Positions 31,480 to 40,500 of a stretch of DNA of 64,000 bases are shown here, piece after piece. Source of the DNA: Elusimicrobiota bacterium (GTDB taxonomy: Bacteria; Elusimicrobiota; Elusimicrobia; F11); the NCBI GenBank assembly GCA_044221725.1, contig JBGAON010000003.1, positions 160,001 to 224,000 on the forward strand, read 5' to 3'. How positions within the stretch are numbered: the first letter of the stretch is position 1; the number at the start of each line of letters is the position of its first letter. The notes beneath the pieces were generated by a model, which was not told the DNA's origin, searched no databases, and saw only the letters and a list, made by a program, of their open reading frames with translations. The translations under genes and the position numbers were made by a program.

Positions 31480-32163
31480 ATGGGGAAAAGACAAAACGAA
31501 ATGGCGAAAAATTTTGACGCTTCAAAGAAATATTCTGTTCTTGAAGGCGCGAAGATCGTAAAGAAAAATGCGACAGCGAAGTTTGACGAAACGGTTGAGT
31601 TGCATGTTAAGTTGGGCGTCGATCCGAAGAAGACCGATCAAGCGGTTCGCGGCATTGCCGTGCTTCCGAAGGGGCTCGGGAAAAAGAAAACCGTTGTCGT
31701 GATTGCGAAAGGTGAGAAAGTGAAAGACGCGCAGGCCGCTGGCGCGGATCATGTTGGTGACGCCGATCTCATCGAAAAGATTTCCAAAGGTTGGACGGAC
31801 TTTGACGTGCTCGTCTCGACACCCGACATGATGAAGGATTTGTCGAAGCTTGGTAAAGTGCTCGGTCCCAAGGGACTCATGCCGAACCCGAAAGCCGGCA
31901 CCGTAACGTTCGACGTCGGTCAAGCAGTGAAAGAGCTTAAAGCCGGTCGCGTTGAATTTAAAATGGATGACTCGGCGAATCTTCATACCTCCGTCGGCAA
32001 AGCCTCTTTTGCTCCAGAGGATCTCGCGCAAAATATTGAAACCGTTTTGCACGCTGTATTTTCCGCAAAGCCCGCCACGGCGAAAGGAGTGTTCGTTCGT
32101 TCGGTAACACTCAGTTCAACGATGGGCGCTGGCGTTCGGCTCGCCGCAGAAACGGCAGCGTAA
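31480..32163 (+). CDS. rplA: 50S ribosomal protein L1
   Basis: KFDETVE, LGPKGLMPNPK.GTV, SSTMG. Confidence 0.98.
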   Translation: MGKRQNEMAKNFDASKKYSVLEGAKIVKKNATAKFDETVELHVKLGVDPKKTDQAVRGIAVLPKGLGKKKTVVVIAKGEKVKDAQAAGADHVGDADLIEKISKGWTDFDVLVSTPDMMKDLSKLGKVLGPKGLMPNPKAGTVTFDVGQAVKELKAGRVEFKMDDSANLHTSVGKASFAPEDLAQNIETVLHAVFSAKPATAKGVFVRSVTLSSTMGAGVRLAAETAA

Positions 32164-32175
32164 GAGCGCGCGTGA

Positions 32176-32676
32176 ATGGCTGATACACAAGAACCAACGC
32201 TCCAACAGCCCGAACTTACCCGACGCTCCTTCCTTTTGTGGGGATGGGGCGCTTTTCTCGCATTCCTTGCTTCGTCGGCCGGATCTGTTCTCCGCTTTTT
32301 CTTGCCAAACGTTCTCTACGAACCATCCCAAAAATTCCGCGCCGGCAAGGTTGTGGATTATCCTCTTGGCGTAACGATCGACAAAGCGCACCGCGTCTGG
32401 ATTATTCGCAACGACCAAGGTTTGTACGCGATGTGGGCGCGTTGCACGCACCTTGGTTGCACACCGAACTGGTTTCCCGCTGAATCTCGCTTTCGTTGCC
32501 CGTGTCACGGCTCCAACTTTTCTGCCGCCGGAGATGTGATCGCCGGTCCGGCACCAAAACCTCTTTGGCGTGTGCAAGTCACACAAACCCCGCAGGGTGA
32601 ACTCGTCGTCGATAAAGCCATCATGGAGAATCGTCCGGGCGTGCGGGAAAAACCACCGTTCTTCATTAATGTATAG
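32176..32676 (+). CDS. Rieske 2Fe-2S subunit of a bc-type complex
   Basis: Tat motif TRRSFL plus TM helix; CTHLGC and CPCHGS boxes. Confidence 0.93.
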   Translation: MADTQEPTLQQPELTRRSFLLWGWGAFLAFLASSAGSVLRFFLPNVLYEPSQKFRAGKVVDYPLGVTIDKAHRVWIIRNDQGLYAMWARCTHLGCTPNWFPAESRFRCPCHGSNFSAAGDVIAGPAPKPLWRVQVTQTPQGELVVDKAIMENRPGVREKPPFFINV

Positions 32677-32687
32677 TACGTCCCTTC

Positions 32688-34328
32688 ATGTTCCAAAAAC
32701 TCGATCCTAAGAAGCTTTTCGAAGATTTAACAAACACACAGGTCTGGCGCTCCATGTTCCGCGGTGGAACATGGAAAGACACGTCGCGTGACCGCGCGCA
32801 ACACATTCTTGGCAATGTTTGGTTGCACTTGCATCCAGCCCGCATCCGCCGTCGCGGAGTAAAGTTTACCTACACCTGGGGTTTGGGCGGCCTTTCTTTC
32901 TTCCTGTTTCTTGTTCTCACCGTGACCGGCATTGTGCTTATGTTCTATTACCGTCCAACGCCGGACTTGGCCTACCGCGATATGAAAGATTTGGAATTTG
33001 TCGTTTCGATGGGAAAATTCATGCGCAACATGCACCGCTGGTCTGCGCACACGATGGTTCTGTTTGTGATCTTGCACATGGTTCGCGTGTTTCTCACGGG
33101 GGCGTACAAAACCCCGCGCGAATTCAACTGGGGTGTCGGCGTCGTTCTTCTCGTCATCACTCTTTTCCTGTCGTTTACCGGTTATCTACTCCCATGGGAT
33201 CAATTGGCCATTTGGGCCGTTACGGTTGGAACCAACATGGCGAGCGCCTCGCCGTTTCTTGGAGCGGAAGGCCCGTTTTCAGCGTTATTGGGCGTCGGTC
33301 TTAAGAACGACGCGCGTTTCGGCCTTCTCGGTGGAACGGCGGTCGGATCCGCGACACTGGTTCGGTTTTACGTTTTGCATTGCATCGCGGTCCCGGTCAT
33401 TGCTGGTATTTTTATGATTGTGCATTTCTGGCGTATTCGCAAAGATGGATTTTCCGCAGCCCCAATCGACAACGAACCACCAACGCAAAAGATTGAAGTG
33501 TGGCCAAACCTCGTAGTTCGCGAATATCTCGGTGCAATTCTCATGTTGATCTTCTTGGTTGGTTGGTCGTTTCTTCAGAACGCACCCCTCGAAGGCATCG
33601 CGGATCCGAACGTGACACCGAATCCTTCCAAGGCGCCGTGGTATTTCTTGGGTCTTCAAGAGTTGCTCGTCTATTTTGATCCGTGGATTGCCGGCGTGGT
33701 TTTGCCGACGATCATTATGATTGGCCTTATGGCAATTCCCTATTTGGATCCGGATCCAAACCGTGGTGTCGGTTTTTATTCGTTCAAAGAACGCCCGTTT
33801 GCAAACATTATTTTCTTGGCTGGCATTTTCGCGTGGTTCGCGTTGATTGTCATCGGCACGTTCATGCGAGGACCGAACTGGCAGTGGTACTGGCCTTGGG
33901 AAAGTTGGCTTATTCACAAGGCGCCACCGCCGCCAACATCCATTATGCCGCTGGCTCTTGGCGCGCCGCTTATTGCAATTTATTTTGCGGTGGGAATGGT
34001 GCTACCGTTATTAATTAAGTGCGAAATTAACGTGAAGTCCTCTGTGAAAAAGATTTTTGGCGGTGCTTTTCTGTTGGCGCTCATTGTTGGGGTGTTACCG
34101 AGCTTTACGTTCGTGCAGGGCGCATGGGTTGGGTTTGGTGTAGGTCTTTATTTAATCATGGGCGTCATTTTGCCGACGCACTATTTGAAGGGCATCAGCA
34201 AGATCCGTTACACCGTGTGCATGGCGTTGTTGTTGATGATGATCGGCGTTTTCTTGAAGGTGACGCTGCGCCTTGGATTTAACATCAAATATATTGTTTC
34301 CATCCCACAAGTTAGCTTGAACGTCTAA
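32688..34328 (+). CDS. cytochrome b (b6-like N-terminal part fused to subunit IV-like part, extra C-terminal TMs)
   Basis: Four heme His (MHRW..ILH; LHC..IVH), [15 protein letters not shown]. Confidence 0.92.
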   Translation: MFQKLDPKKLFEDLTNTQVWRSMFRGGTWKDTSRDRAQHILGNVWLHLHPARIRRRGVKFTYTWGLGGLSFFLFLVLTVTGIVLMFYYRPTPDLAYRDMKDLEFVVSMGKFMRNMHRWSAHTMVLFVILHMVRVFLTGAYKTPREFNWGVGVVLLVITLFLSFTGYLLPWDQLAIWAVTVGTNMASASPFLGAEGPFSALLGVGLKNDARFGLLGGTAVGSATLVRFYVLHCIAVPVIAGIFMIVHFWRIRKDGFSAAPIDNEPPTQKIEVWPNLVVREYLGAILMLIFLVGWSFLQNAPLEGIADPNVTPNPSKAPWYFLGLQELLVYFDPWIAGVVLPTIIMIGLMAIPYLDPDPNRGVGFYSFKERPFANIIFLAGIFAWFALIVIGTFMRGPNWQWYWPWESWLIHKAPPPPTSIMPLALGAPLIAIYFAVGMVLPLLIKCEINVKSSVKKIFGGAFLLALIVGVLPSFTFVQGAWVGFGVGLYLIMGVILPTHYLKGISKIRYTVCMALLLMMIGVFLKVTLRLGFNIKYIVSIPQVSLNV

Positions 34329-34329
34329 C

Positions 34330-35640
34330 GTGAAAATAGAAAATAAATTTCTCCAAAAATTGTTCATGCTGCGCTACTTATTTTTGTGGGGCAACGTTAT
34401 TCTCTTGTTGCTTTTTGTGGCCGTGCTCGTTCGAGACAATTGCCGCGGTTGGAAAGACTATCAAGTCGAATTCAAAAAGCGTGAAGTAGCGAAAGCGCAA
34501 GAAAAAGTTAATAACGCGCCGACCTCCGAGGCGAAAGAAGTGGCCCTCCAAGAACTGAAACAAGCAAAAAAGATGCCGATTGAGGTGCGCCAGATTTGGA
34601 CTCAGGAGATGAACGCCGTTGACCGTTGCATAACCTGTCACTTGGGCTACGATCCACTTCAAAACAGTTCTCTCACCACCGAGTACAAAGAGCATCCTTA
34701 CAGTGCCACCGGTGCTTCACCGGGTTTTGATATTCATAAAGCACACAATCTCGAAAAATTTGGTTGCGTTGTTTGCCACGGCGGACAAGGTCTGGCGACC
34801 GAAGTGAAAGCCGCGCACGGCGAAGTCGAACATTGGGAAAAGCCGCTCTTGAAAGGGGTTTTGCTCGAAGCGTCGTGCGTCAAATGCCACGATAACCATG
34901 CTGATTTGAAGATCAATGGAGAGATTTATACCGCCGACATCGTTCGCGCAAAAAAATTGTTCCGCGATAACGGTTGTATCGGTTGCCATCAAGTGGGTGG
35001 TGAAGGTGGTGTGATTTCCGTCGATTTGAAAGAAGAAACGTCGAACAAGCCGCTCAGTCGAATCGATTTTTCCCACACCGGATTGGATAAAGAACAGCGG
35101 ACGCTCGCGAATTGGATTAAGGTGCACCTCGTGAAAGATCCCGTGGATGTGACGCCGGGCGATCCAACAGCATCGTTCAACACCGAACCGATTGCGCCAT
35201 CCGGCATGCCGCCCTATTTGATGTCTGAAAAAGACGCCGATGCGCTGACCGCATGGGTGTTGAGCTTGAACCGACAAGGTATTCCGCCTCAATTCTTGAC
35301 GTTGCGGCCGCCGGAAGCGGAGCCCAATATTAGTGGTGCCGTGGCGAAGGGTCGCTACGTGTATGACAAGTTTGGTTGCGCCGCATGCCACGGTGCCGAC
35401 GCGCGCGGTGGAATTCGGGATTACAATGCGCAGTACGACGTTACACCGAATCTCCGTCGTGTGGTGGGGACTTACACACGCGAAGAGATCAAATCGAAAA
35501 TTTCGGAAGGTGTTCCGTTTATCGCGAAACACGATCCCAACGGGCCGACCCCGCCGTTTTACATGCCGGCGTGGAAGTCCAAGATCAAGGGCGACGACTT
35601 AGAGAACCTCGTCACTTACTTGCAGAGCATAAAAGAATAA
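34330..35640 (+). CDS. membrane-anchored pentaheme cytochrome c
   Basis: N-terminal TM; CITCH, CVVCH, CVKCH, CIGCH, CAACH. Confidence 0.92.
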   Translation: MKIENKFLQKLFMLRYLFLWGNVILLLLFVAVLVRDNCRGWKDYQVEFKKREVAKAQEKVNNAPTSEAKEVALQELKQAKKMPIEVRQIWTQEMNAVDRCITCHLGYDPLQNSSLTTEYKEHPYSATGASPGFDIHKAHNLEKFGCVVCHGGQGLATEVKAAHGEVEHWEKPLLKGVLLEASCVKCHDNHADLKINGEIYTADIVRAKKLFRDNGCIGCHQVGGEGGVISVDLKEETSNKPLSRIDFSHTGLDKEQRTLANWIKVHLVKDPVDVTPGDPTASFNTEPIAPSGMPPYLMSEKDADALTAWVLSLNRQGIPPQFLTLRPPEAEPNISGAVAKGRYVYDKFGCAACHGADARGGIRDYNAQYDVTPNLRRVVGTYTREEIKSKISEGVPFIAKHDPNGPTPPFYMPAWKSKIKGDDLENLVTYLQSIKE

Positions 35641-35682
35641 TTAGCCCTAGCTTTGCGTGGAATTTTCGATCAAGATGTAACT

Positions 35683-35760
35683 GGCTATCAGTTATCAGCT
35701 ATCGGCTGTCAGCCAGAAAGAATTTGAATATTGATAGCTGAAAGCTGAGAGCTGACAGCC
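35683..35760. repeat. inverted array of heptamer repeats (4x GCTATCA-like, spacer, 4x TGANAGC)
   Basis: GCTATCA GTTATCA GCTATCG GCTGTCA at 35684-35711; TGATAGC TGAAAGC TGAGAGC TGACAGC at 35732-35759. Confidence 0.85.
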
Positions 35761-35762
35761 AA

Positions 35763-37133
35763 ATGGCCGACGACAAATTTGACGTAATTGTAGTAGGAGC
35801 CGGACCCGCGGGAACATCCGCGGCGATTACCGCTGCAAAACTGGGATTGAACGTGGTGTTGCTTGAGCGCGGCGAATATCCTGGTTCGAAAAACGTGCAA
35901 GGCGCTGTGCTTTACACGAAAAATCTCGCCGACATCCTTCCTGAATTCTGGAAAGACCCGACCGCACCGCTGGAACGTTACATCACGACCCAAAACGTGA
36001 TGATCGCTTCTGATGATTCCGCAATCCAAGTTGGTTTTCGTTCGGATAAATGGGTTCAAGAGCCGCACAACTGCTACACGATTATTCGTGTGAATTTCGA
36101 CAAGTGGTACGCGAAAAAAGCGGAAGAGGCGGGCGTGCAACTTTTTACGGGTGTCAGAGTTTCGAAAGTCCTTCAAAAAGACAAAAAAGTCATTGGCATT
36201 GAAACGAGCGAAGGAGATCAGCTCTTCGCCGATGTCGTAATCGCCTGCGATGGCGTGAATTCGATGATTGCGCAATCGATCGGGCTGATCGATGAACTGC
36301 GTTCCGATGAAGTGGCGCTCGGCGTGAAAGAAGTGCTCGCGCTTCCAGAGGGCCGAATTCAAGATCGTTTCGCTCTTGAGAAGGGGGAGGGAGCGACGTT
36401 TGAAATTTTTGGTGGCGTGACGCGTGGAATGCTTGGTTACGCATTTCTTTATACAAATAAAGAGTCCATTTCTTTTGGTGTCGGTTGCAAGTTGTCGCAT
36501 TTCCAGCGAACGAACGCGCGCCCTTATGAATTGCTTGAAGCGGCCAAGAAACATCCCATCATCCGCCGATATCTTGCCGACGCCAAGCCGATCGAATATT
36601 CTGCGCACTTGATTCCGGAAGGAGGCTATTATTCTTTGCCGCCGCTTTACACCGACGGCTTTATGATTGCCGGCGATGCTGCGCAAATGATCAATCCATC
36701 GCACCGTGAAGGTTCAAATCTCGCAATGACGGCTGGCATGCTGGCCGCCCAAACGGCCGCCGAAGCAAAAAAGAAAGGGGATTTTTCGAAAGCGACGCTG
36801 GTTGAATATCAAAGGAAGCTCGAAGCATCTTTTGTGATTCCCGATATGGAAGACCATAAAGATTTGGAACACAAAATTGAGCGCAACATGGATTTGATCA
36901 CCGTTTATCCGGAGCTGGCCGCTCGTGCGCTGTACGAATACTTTACCGTTGACGGGCGTACCAAGAAGGATGTTCAAAAAAGTATTTTCCGCCGCATCCT
37001 CAAGACGCGATCCGTGAAAAATATTGTTCGTGACGTTTGGGGAATGGTGCACGCCGATGAGAAGAAGCCAACCGTGTGGGGTCTCATCAAAGAACTTTGG
37101 AAAATGAAAAGTGCATTTAAGAGGTTTGGATAA
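35763..37133 (+). CDS. fixC: FixC-family FAD-dependent ETF:quinone oxidoreductase
   Basis: GAGPAG, LERGEYPGSKN, FLYTNKES, EYSAHLIPEGG, GDAA; coupled to fixX. Confidence 0.88.
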   Translation: MADDKFDVIVVGAGPAGTSAAITAAKLGLNVVLLERGEYPGSKNVQGAVLYTKNLADILPEFWKDPTAPLERYITTQNVMIASDDSAIQVGFRSDKWVQEPHNCYTIIRVNFDKWYAKKAEEAGVQLFTGVRVSKVLQKDKKVIGIETSEGDQLFADVVIACDGVNSMIAQSIGLIDELRSDEVALGVKEVLALPEGRIQDRFALEKGEGATFEIFGGVTRGMLGYAFLYTNKESISFGVGCKLSHFQRTNARPYELLEAAKKHPIIRRYLADAKPIEYSAHLIPEGGYYSLPPLYTDGFMIAGDAAQMINPSHREGSNLAMTAGMLAAQTAAEAKKKGDFSKATLVEYQRKLEASFVIPDMEDHKDLEHKIERNMDLITVYPELAARALYEYFTVDGRTKKDVQKSIFRRILKTRSVKNIVRDVWGMVHADEKKPTVWGLIKELWKMKSAFKRFG

Positions 37134-37456
37134 TGGACGAAAAAAAAACAGAGAAGATTGACGTCAATATTGACGACAAGCTCGGCATGTTGACGTACAA
37201 AGCCGACCACAGTTTTGCTCACATTAAGATCAAAGATGCATCCGCGAATAGTCCGTGCGTGACAACCTGCAAAGAAAAACCGTGCACGCAAGTTTGCCCC
37301 GCGCGCGTTTACACGTGGGAAGAAGCACAGAAGAAAATTCTCGTCGCCTACGAGAACTGCATTGAGTGCGGTGCTTGCCGCATGTTGTGCCCGTTCGACA
37401 ATATTGCATGCGAATGGCCGCGCGGCGGCTTTGGCGTGCAGTACAAATTGGGCTGA
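37133..37456 (+). CDS. fixX: FixX-family ferredoxin
   Basis: C..KPC...CPA, ENCIECGAC...CP, WPRGGFGVQY. Confidence 0.9.
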   Translation: MDEKKTEKIDVNIDDKLGMLTYKADHSFAHIKIKDASANSPCVTTCKEKPCTQVCPARVYTWEEAQKKILVAYENCIECGACRMLCPFDNIACEWPRGGFGVQYKLG

Positions 37457-37460
37457 CCCG

Positions 37461-37514
37461 TTTACAAAAGATTTACATTCCATTAATCCGATCTTAATCG
37501 CGCATCCATAGAAT
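37461..37514 (+). promoter_or_regulatory. four 11-bp-periodic direct repeats plus -10 box; candidate OmpR/PhoB-family-activated, leaderless promoter
   Basis: TTTACA 37461, TTTACA 37472, TTAATC 37483, TTAATC 37494; TAGAAT 37509-37514; ATG 7 nt later; no SD. Confidence 0.6.
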
Positions 37515-37521
37515 TCGCGCT

Positions 37522-40500
37522 ATGGAAACGCCCCGTTTCGTTCGCGTAGTTGCTGGTTCGCTTTCGATTGTTTATCTCGCCACGAATTGCTTGTTCGCCG
37601 GTCGCGTGGAAGGGAACATCTGGCAGGAAAGGCGACCGTCGTCGGCCCCGAATGTTTTCATCCAGCGTCCCCGTATTCCTGCGGTACACACGGATCTTGG
37701 CTTGCGACGTGCGAGCATGATGGCATTGGCCCGCTTCGGCACCATTCGCAACGTTCAAAAATCCACTCATCCTTCTCCAAAAAATCCCGTGGTGCTCCAT
37801 GTTCAAGACGTTCACATGAACAGCGAAGCACAAAGAAATATTTCCGGAGCTCTTCAACAGCTGATTGACAATGAAAAGGTACGGCTGCTGGCATTGGAAG
37901 GGGCTTTTCATTCAATCGATTTAACGCCGTTTCGTAAATTTCCCGATCGAACGAGTGTTTTCAACGTTGCGGATTACATGTTGCAAGAAGGAAAAATTTC
38001 CGGTGCCATTCATGCCGCGGTCTTCGCTGAAAAAACAGTCTCGACGATTGGTATCGACGATTTTGGCCATTACAATGCAAATGTGGAAGCCGTACAAAAA
38101 TCGTTCGCGGCATCGAAAGAATTAAAACCGGAGATCCTGCGCTACGTGAACGATCTCGAAAAGAAAAAACAACAGACATTTGATTCTTCGCTGCTTCGGT
38201 TCGATAACACCGTGCAACAATATCGTAACCAGTCGCTTTCGTTGGGAGATTACGCTTCGGCGCTTTCTCGGATCGTGGATGCATCGTCGAGCGTGAAAAC
38301 ATTTCTCAAAGCACGTCGTCTCGAGTCAATCATTGATTTCTCTGCGGTCGCGCGCGCGCGTGCCGAGGCGCGTGAGAAAAATATTTCCCCGATCCATTTC
38401 CCATCGTTGATGCTTTACGATGATTACTTGCGAGCGGCAAAGTCAATTGATTCGGATGCGTTGGCGAACGAGTTGGAACACATGGAAAGCGCGGCGTTTA
38501 AAAAGCTTTCGCGAACACCGGCGGAGAGAGAGTTGATTGCGCAATCGCGCCGACTTTATCTGCTTGAGAAGCTTGTGAATTTTTCTCTGACCAAAAATGA
38601 GTGGGACGAATACGAGAACGAGCATCGTTCCGCGTGCGCTATACCTCACGAAAGGATTCAGCCGTTTGAGGCGTTTTATATGGAAGCGGAATATCGTGAC
38701 GCCGCGATGGCGATGAACTTTTTAAATCAAATCAATGAGATAAATGATGCAGACCAAAGCACCTTTGTGTTGGTCACCGGCGGCTTCCATTCTTCCGGCA
38801 TCGACAAACGCCTCGGCGACGCAGGCTGTACCGTGGTGACATTTATTCCAAAGATCACGAAGATCGACACCGTAAACGGTTCCGCGTATCTCAGTGTGTT
38901 TGCGCAAGAAAAATTTTCGCTCGATAAGCTGTTCGAAGGAGAAAAAATTTTCCTTTCGCCTTCGCCGATGTCGAAAAGCGCATTCGGATTGTTCGCCGTG
39001 CTTGTGGCGAGCGTTGCGCTGCTCACCAACGCAGTCTCCAGCGGGATTGCCGCTTCGTGGCTTCAATCAACACTGGCAATGAACGATCTTTCAATTGCAA
39101 AAGCAGGGGCGAACGCGGTGAACATTGTCTTTGGACTTTATGGCGCGCACCTTGGCATCACGTTCTTGAGCGGAGCCGCAGGGGCGATTCGGCCAGAGCT
39201 TTCTATTGCCCGCCAGAAACCGGATTTCGGTCGCTGGTTCCCTTCTTCAATTCGGGAATCACTCGAGCACTTCATGCCGTGGTTCGTGCCGCAGCACATT
39301 GCGATTCGGCGGTGGCCGCTGTGGATTGGTTACGCAATGATTGTCACGTGTGGCGTTGCGTTTCCGGTTCTTTTTTCTGAGTTTGTCTCTGTCGTTCCCT
39401 CCGAAGTGTGGATGTGGACGGGCGGTGTTGTTGCGCACGAATTTTATAACCGGCTGGCAAAAGTTATGGGTTGGCCCATGTTGACCCGTGTGGTTCTTGC
39501 CCAAGATTTTTTAACGGCCGAACAGGAACAGAGCTTGGCTCGCGAAATGGATTCAATATTCGATTCGATGTTGCCGGTGCTGCTGGATAATGAAAAAGCC
39601 CAAGATTTGTTGCTTCGTCTTCTCAAGTCCGATTTGCACAGAAGAATAAATCTGAATCTTGTCATCCAGGCGGATGTGCAGGCGCACAAAAAGGGAAAAT
39701 TTTGGATTCGGCCTGGTTTGACTGCCAAAAACAACGTTCGAATTGCAGACCTCATTCAAGTCCTAACTCGCACTCCCAGTTCCGAGCTTTATGCGCAGAT
39801 CAAAGATTGGCATGAAAAAAACAACGATCTTTCTTTGAATTTGAGGAATTTGACGTTGAGATTTTTGCACGGATTTCGAGAGCTTTCTTATTCTGAGAAA
39901 CAACAACGACAGATTTCGAATTGGATAAGAACCTATGAAGATACAAGGAACATGCTGGTACGACCTTATGTGGGCATCGTCACCGGTCTTGCAAAAAAAT
40001 TTACAAGACAAGGACTGTCAATCGATGAATTGGAATCTGAGGGCTACAGTGGATTGCTTGCGGCGGCCGAACATTATCGCGTTGGGTTTGGACGTTTCAG
40101 CACTTTTGCGACTCCATCAGTGAGAAGAAGCATGCGCGTCGCTGTGTTGCGGAAGGCAAAAGAGAACGCGCCCGAGCGCACGCTGACGGAGTCGATCGCT
40201 GGCGAAGAAATTGATTACGATTCATCGAAATACGAGGAATTATTGAAGCAGGTGTATCAATTGCCGCGGCGAGATCAATTTGTGTTGTCTCAATATTACG
40301 GATTGAATGGCCTGGACCCGGAAAAGCTTGAACAAGTGGGGCGTCGCCTGGGTTTGTCGGTGGAACGAATTCGCCAAATAAGAAACCGCGCGCTGGATAG
40401 GCTTCGAGAGCGCCTGACGTCGCCGACAGGCGAACTTCGGGAGGAAGAAGAGGGTGCGCCTATCTCGAAAAAGCTGAACAGACAGAACGTTATTGATATG

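Noticed and set aside
35683..35760. CRISPR array
   Set aside because: Units are 7 bp with no spacers and no cas genes; I saw no CRISPR array, transposase or integrase anywhere in the window
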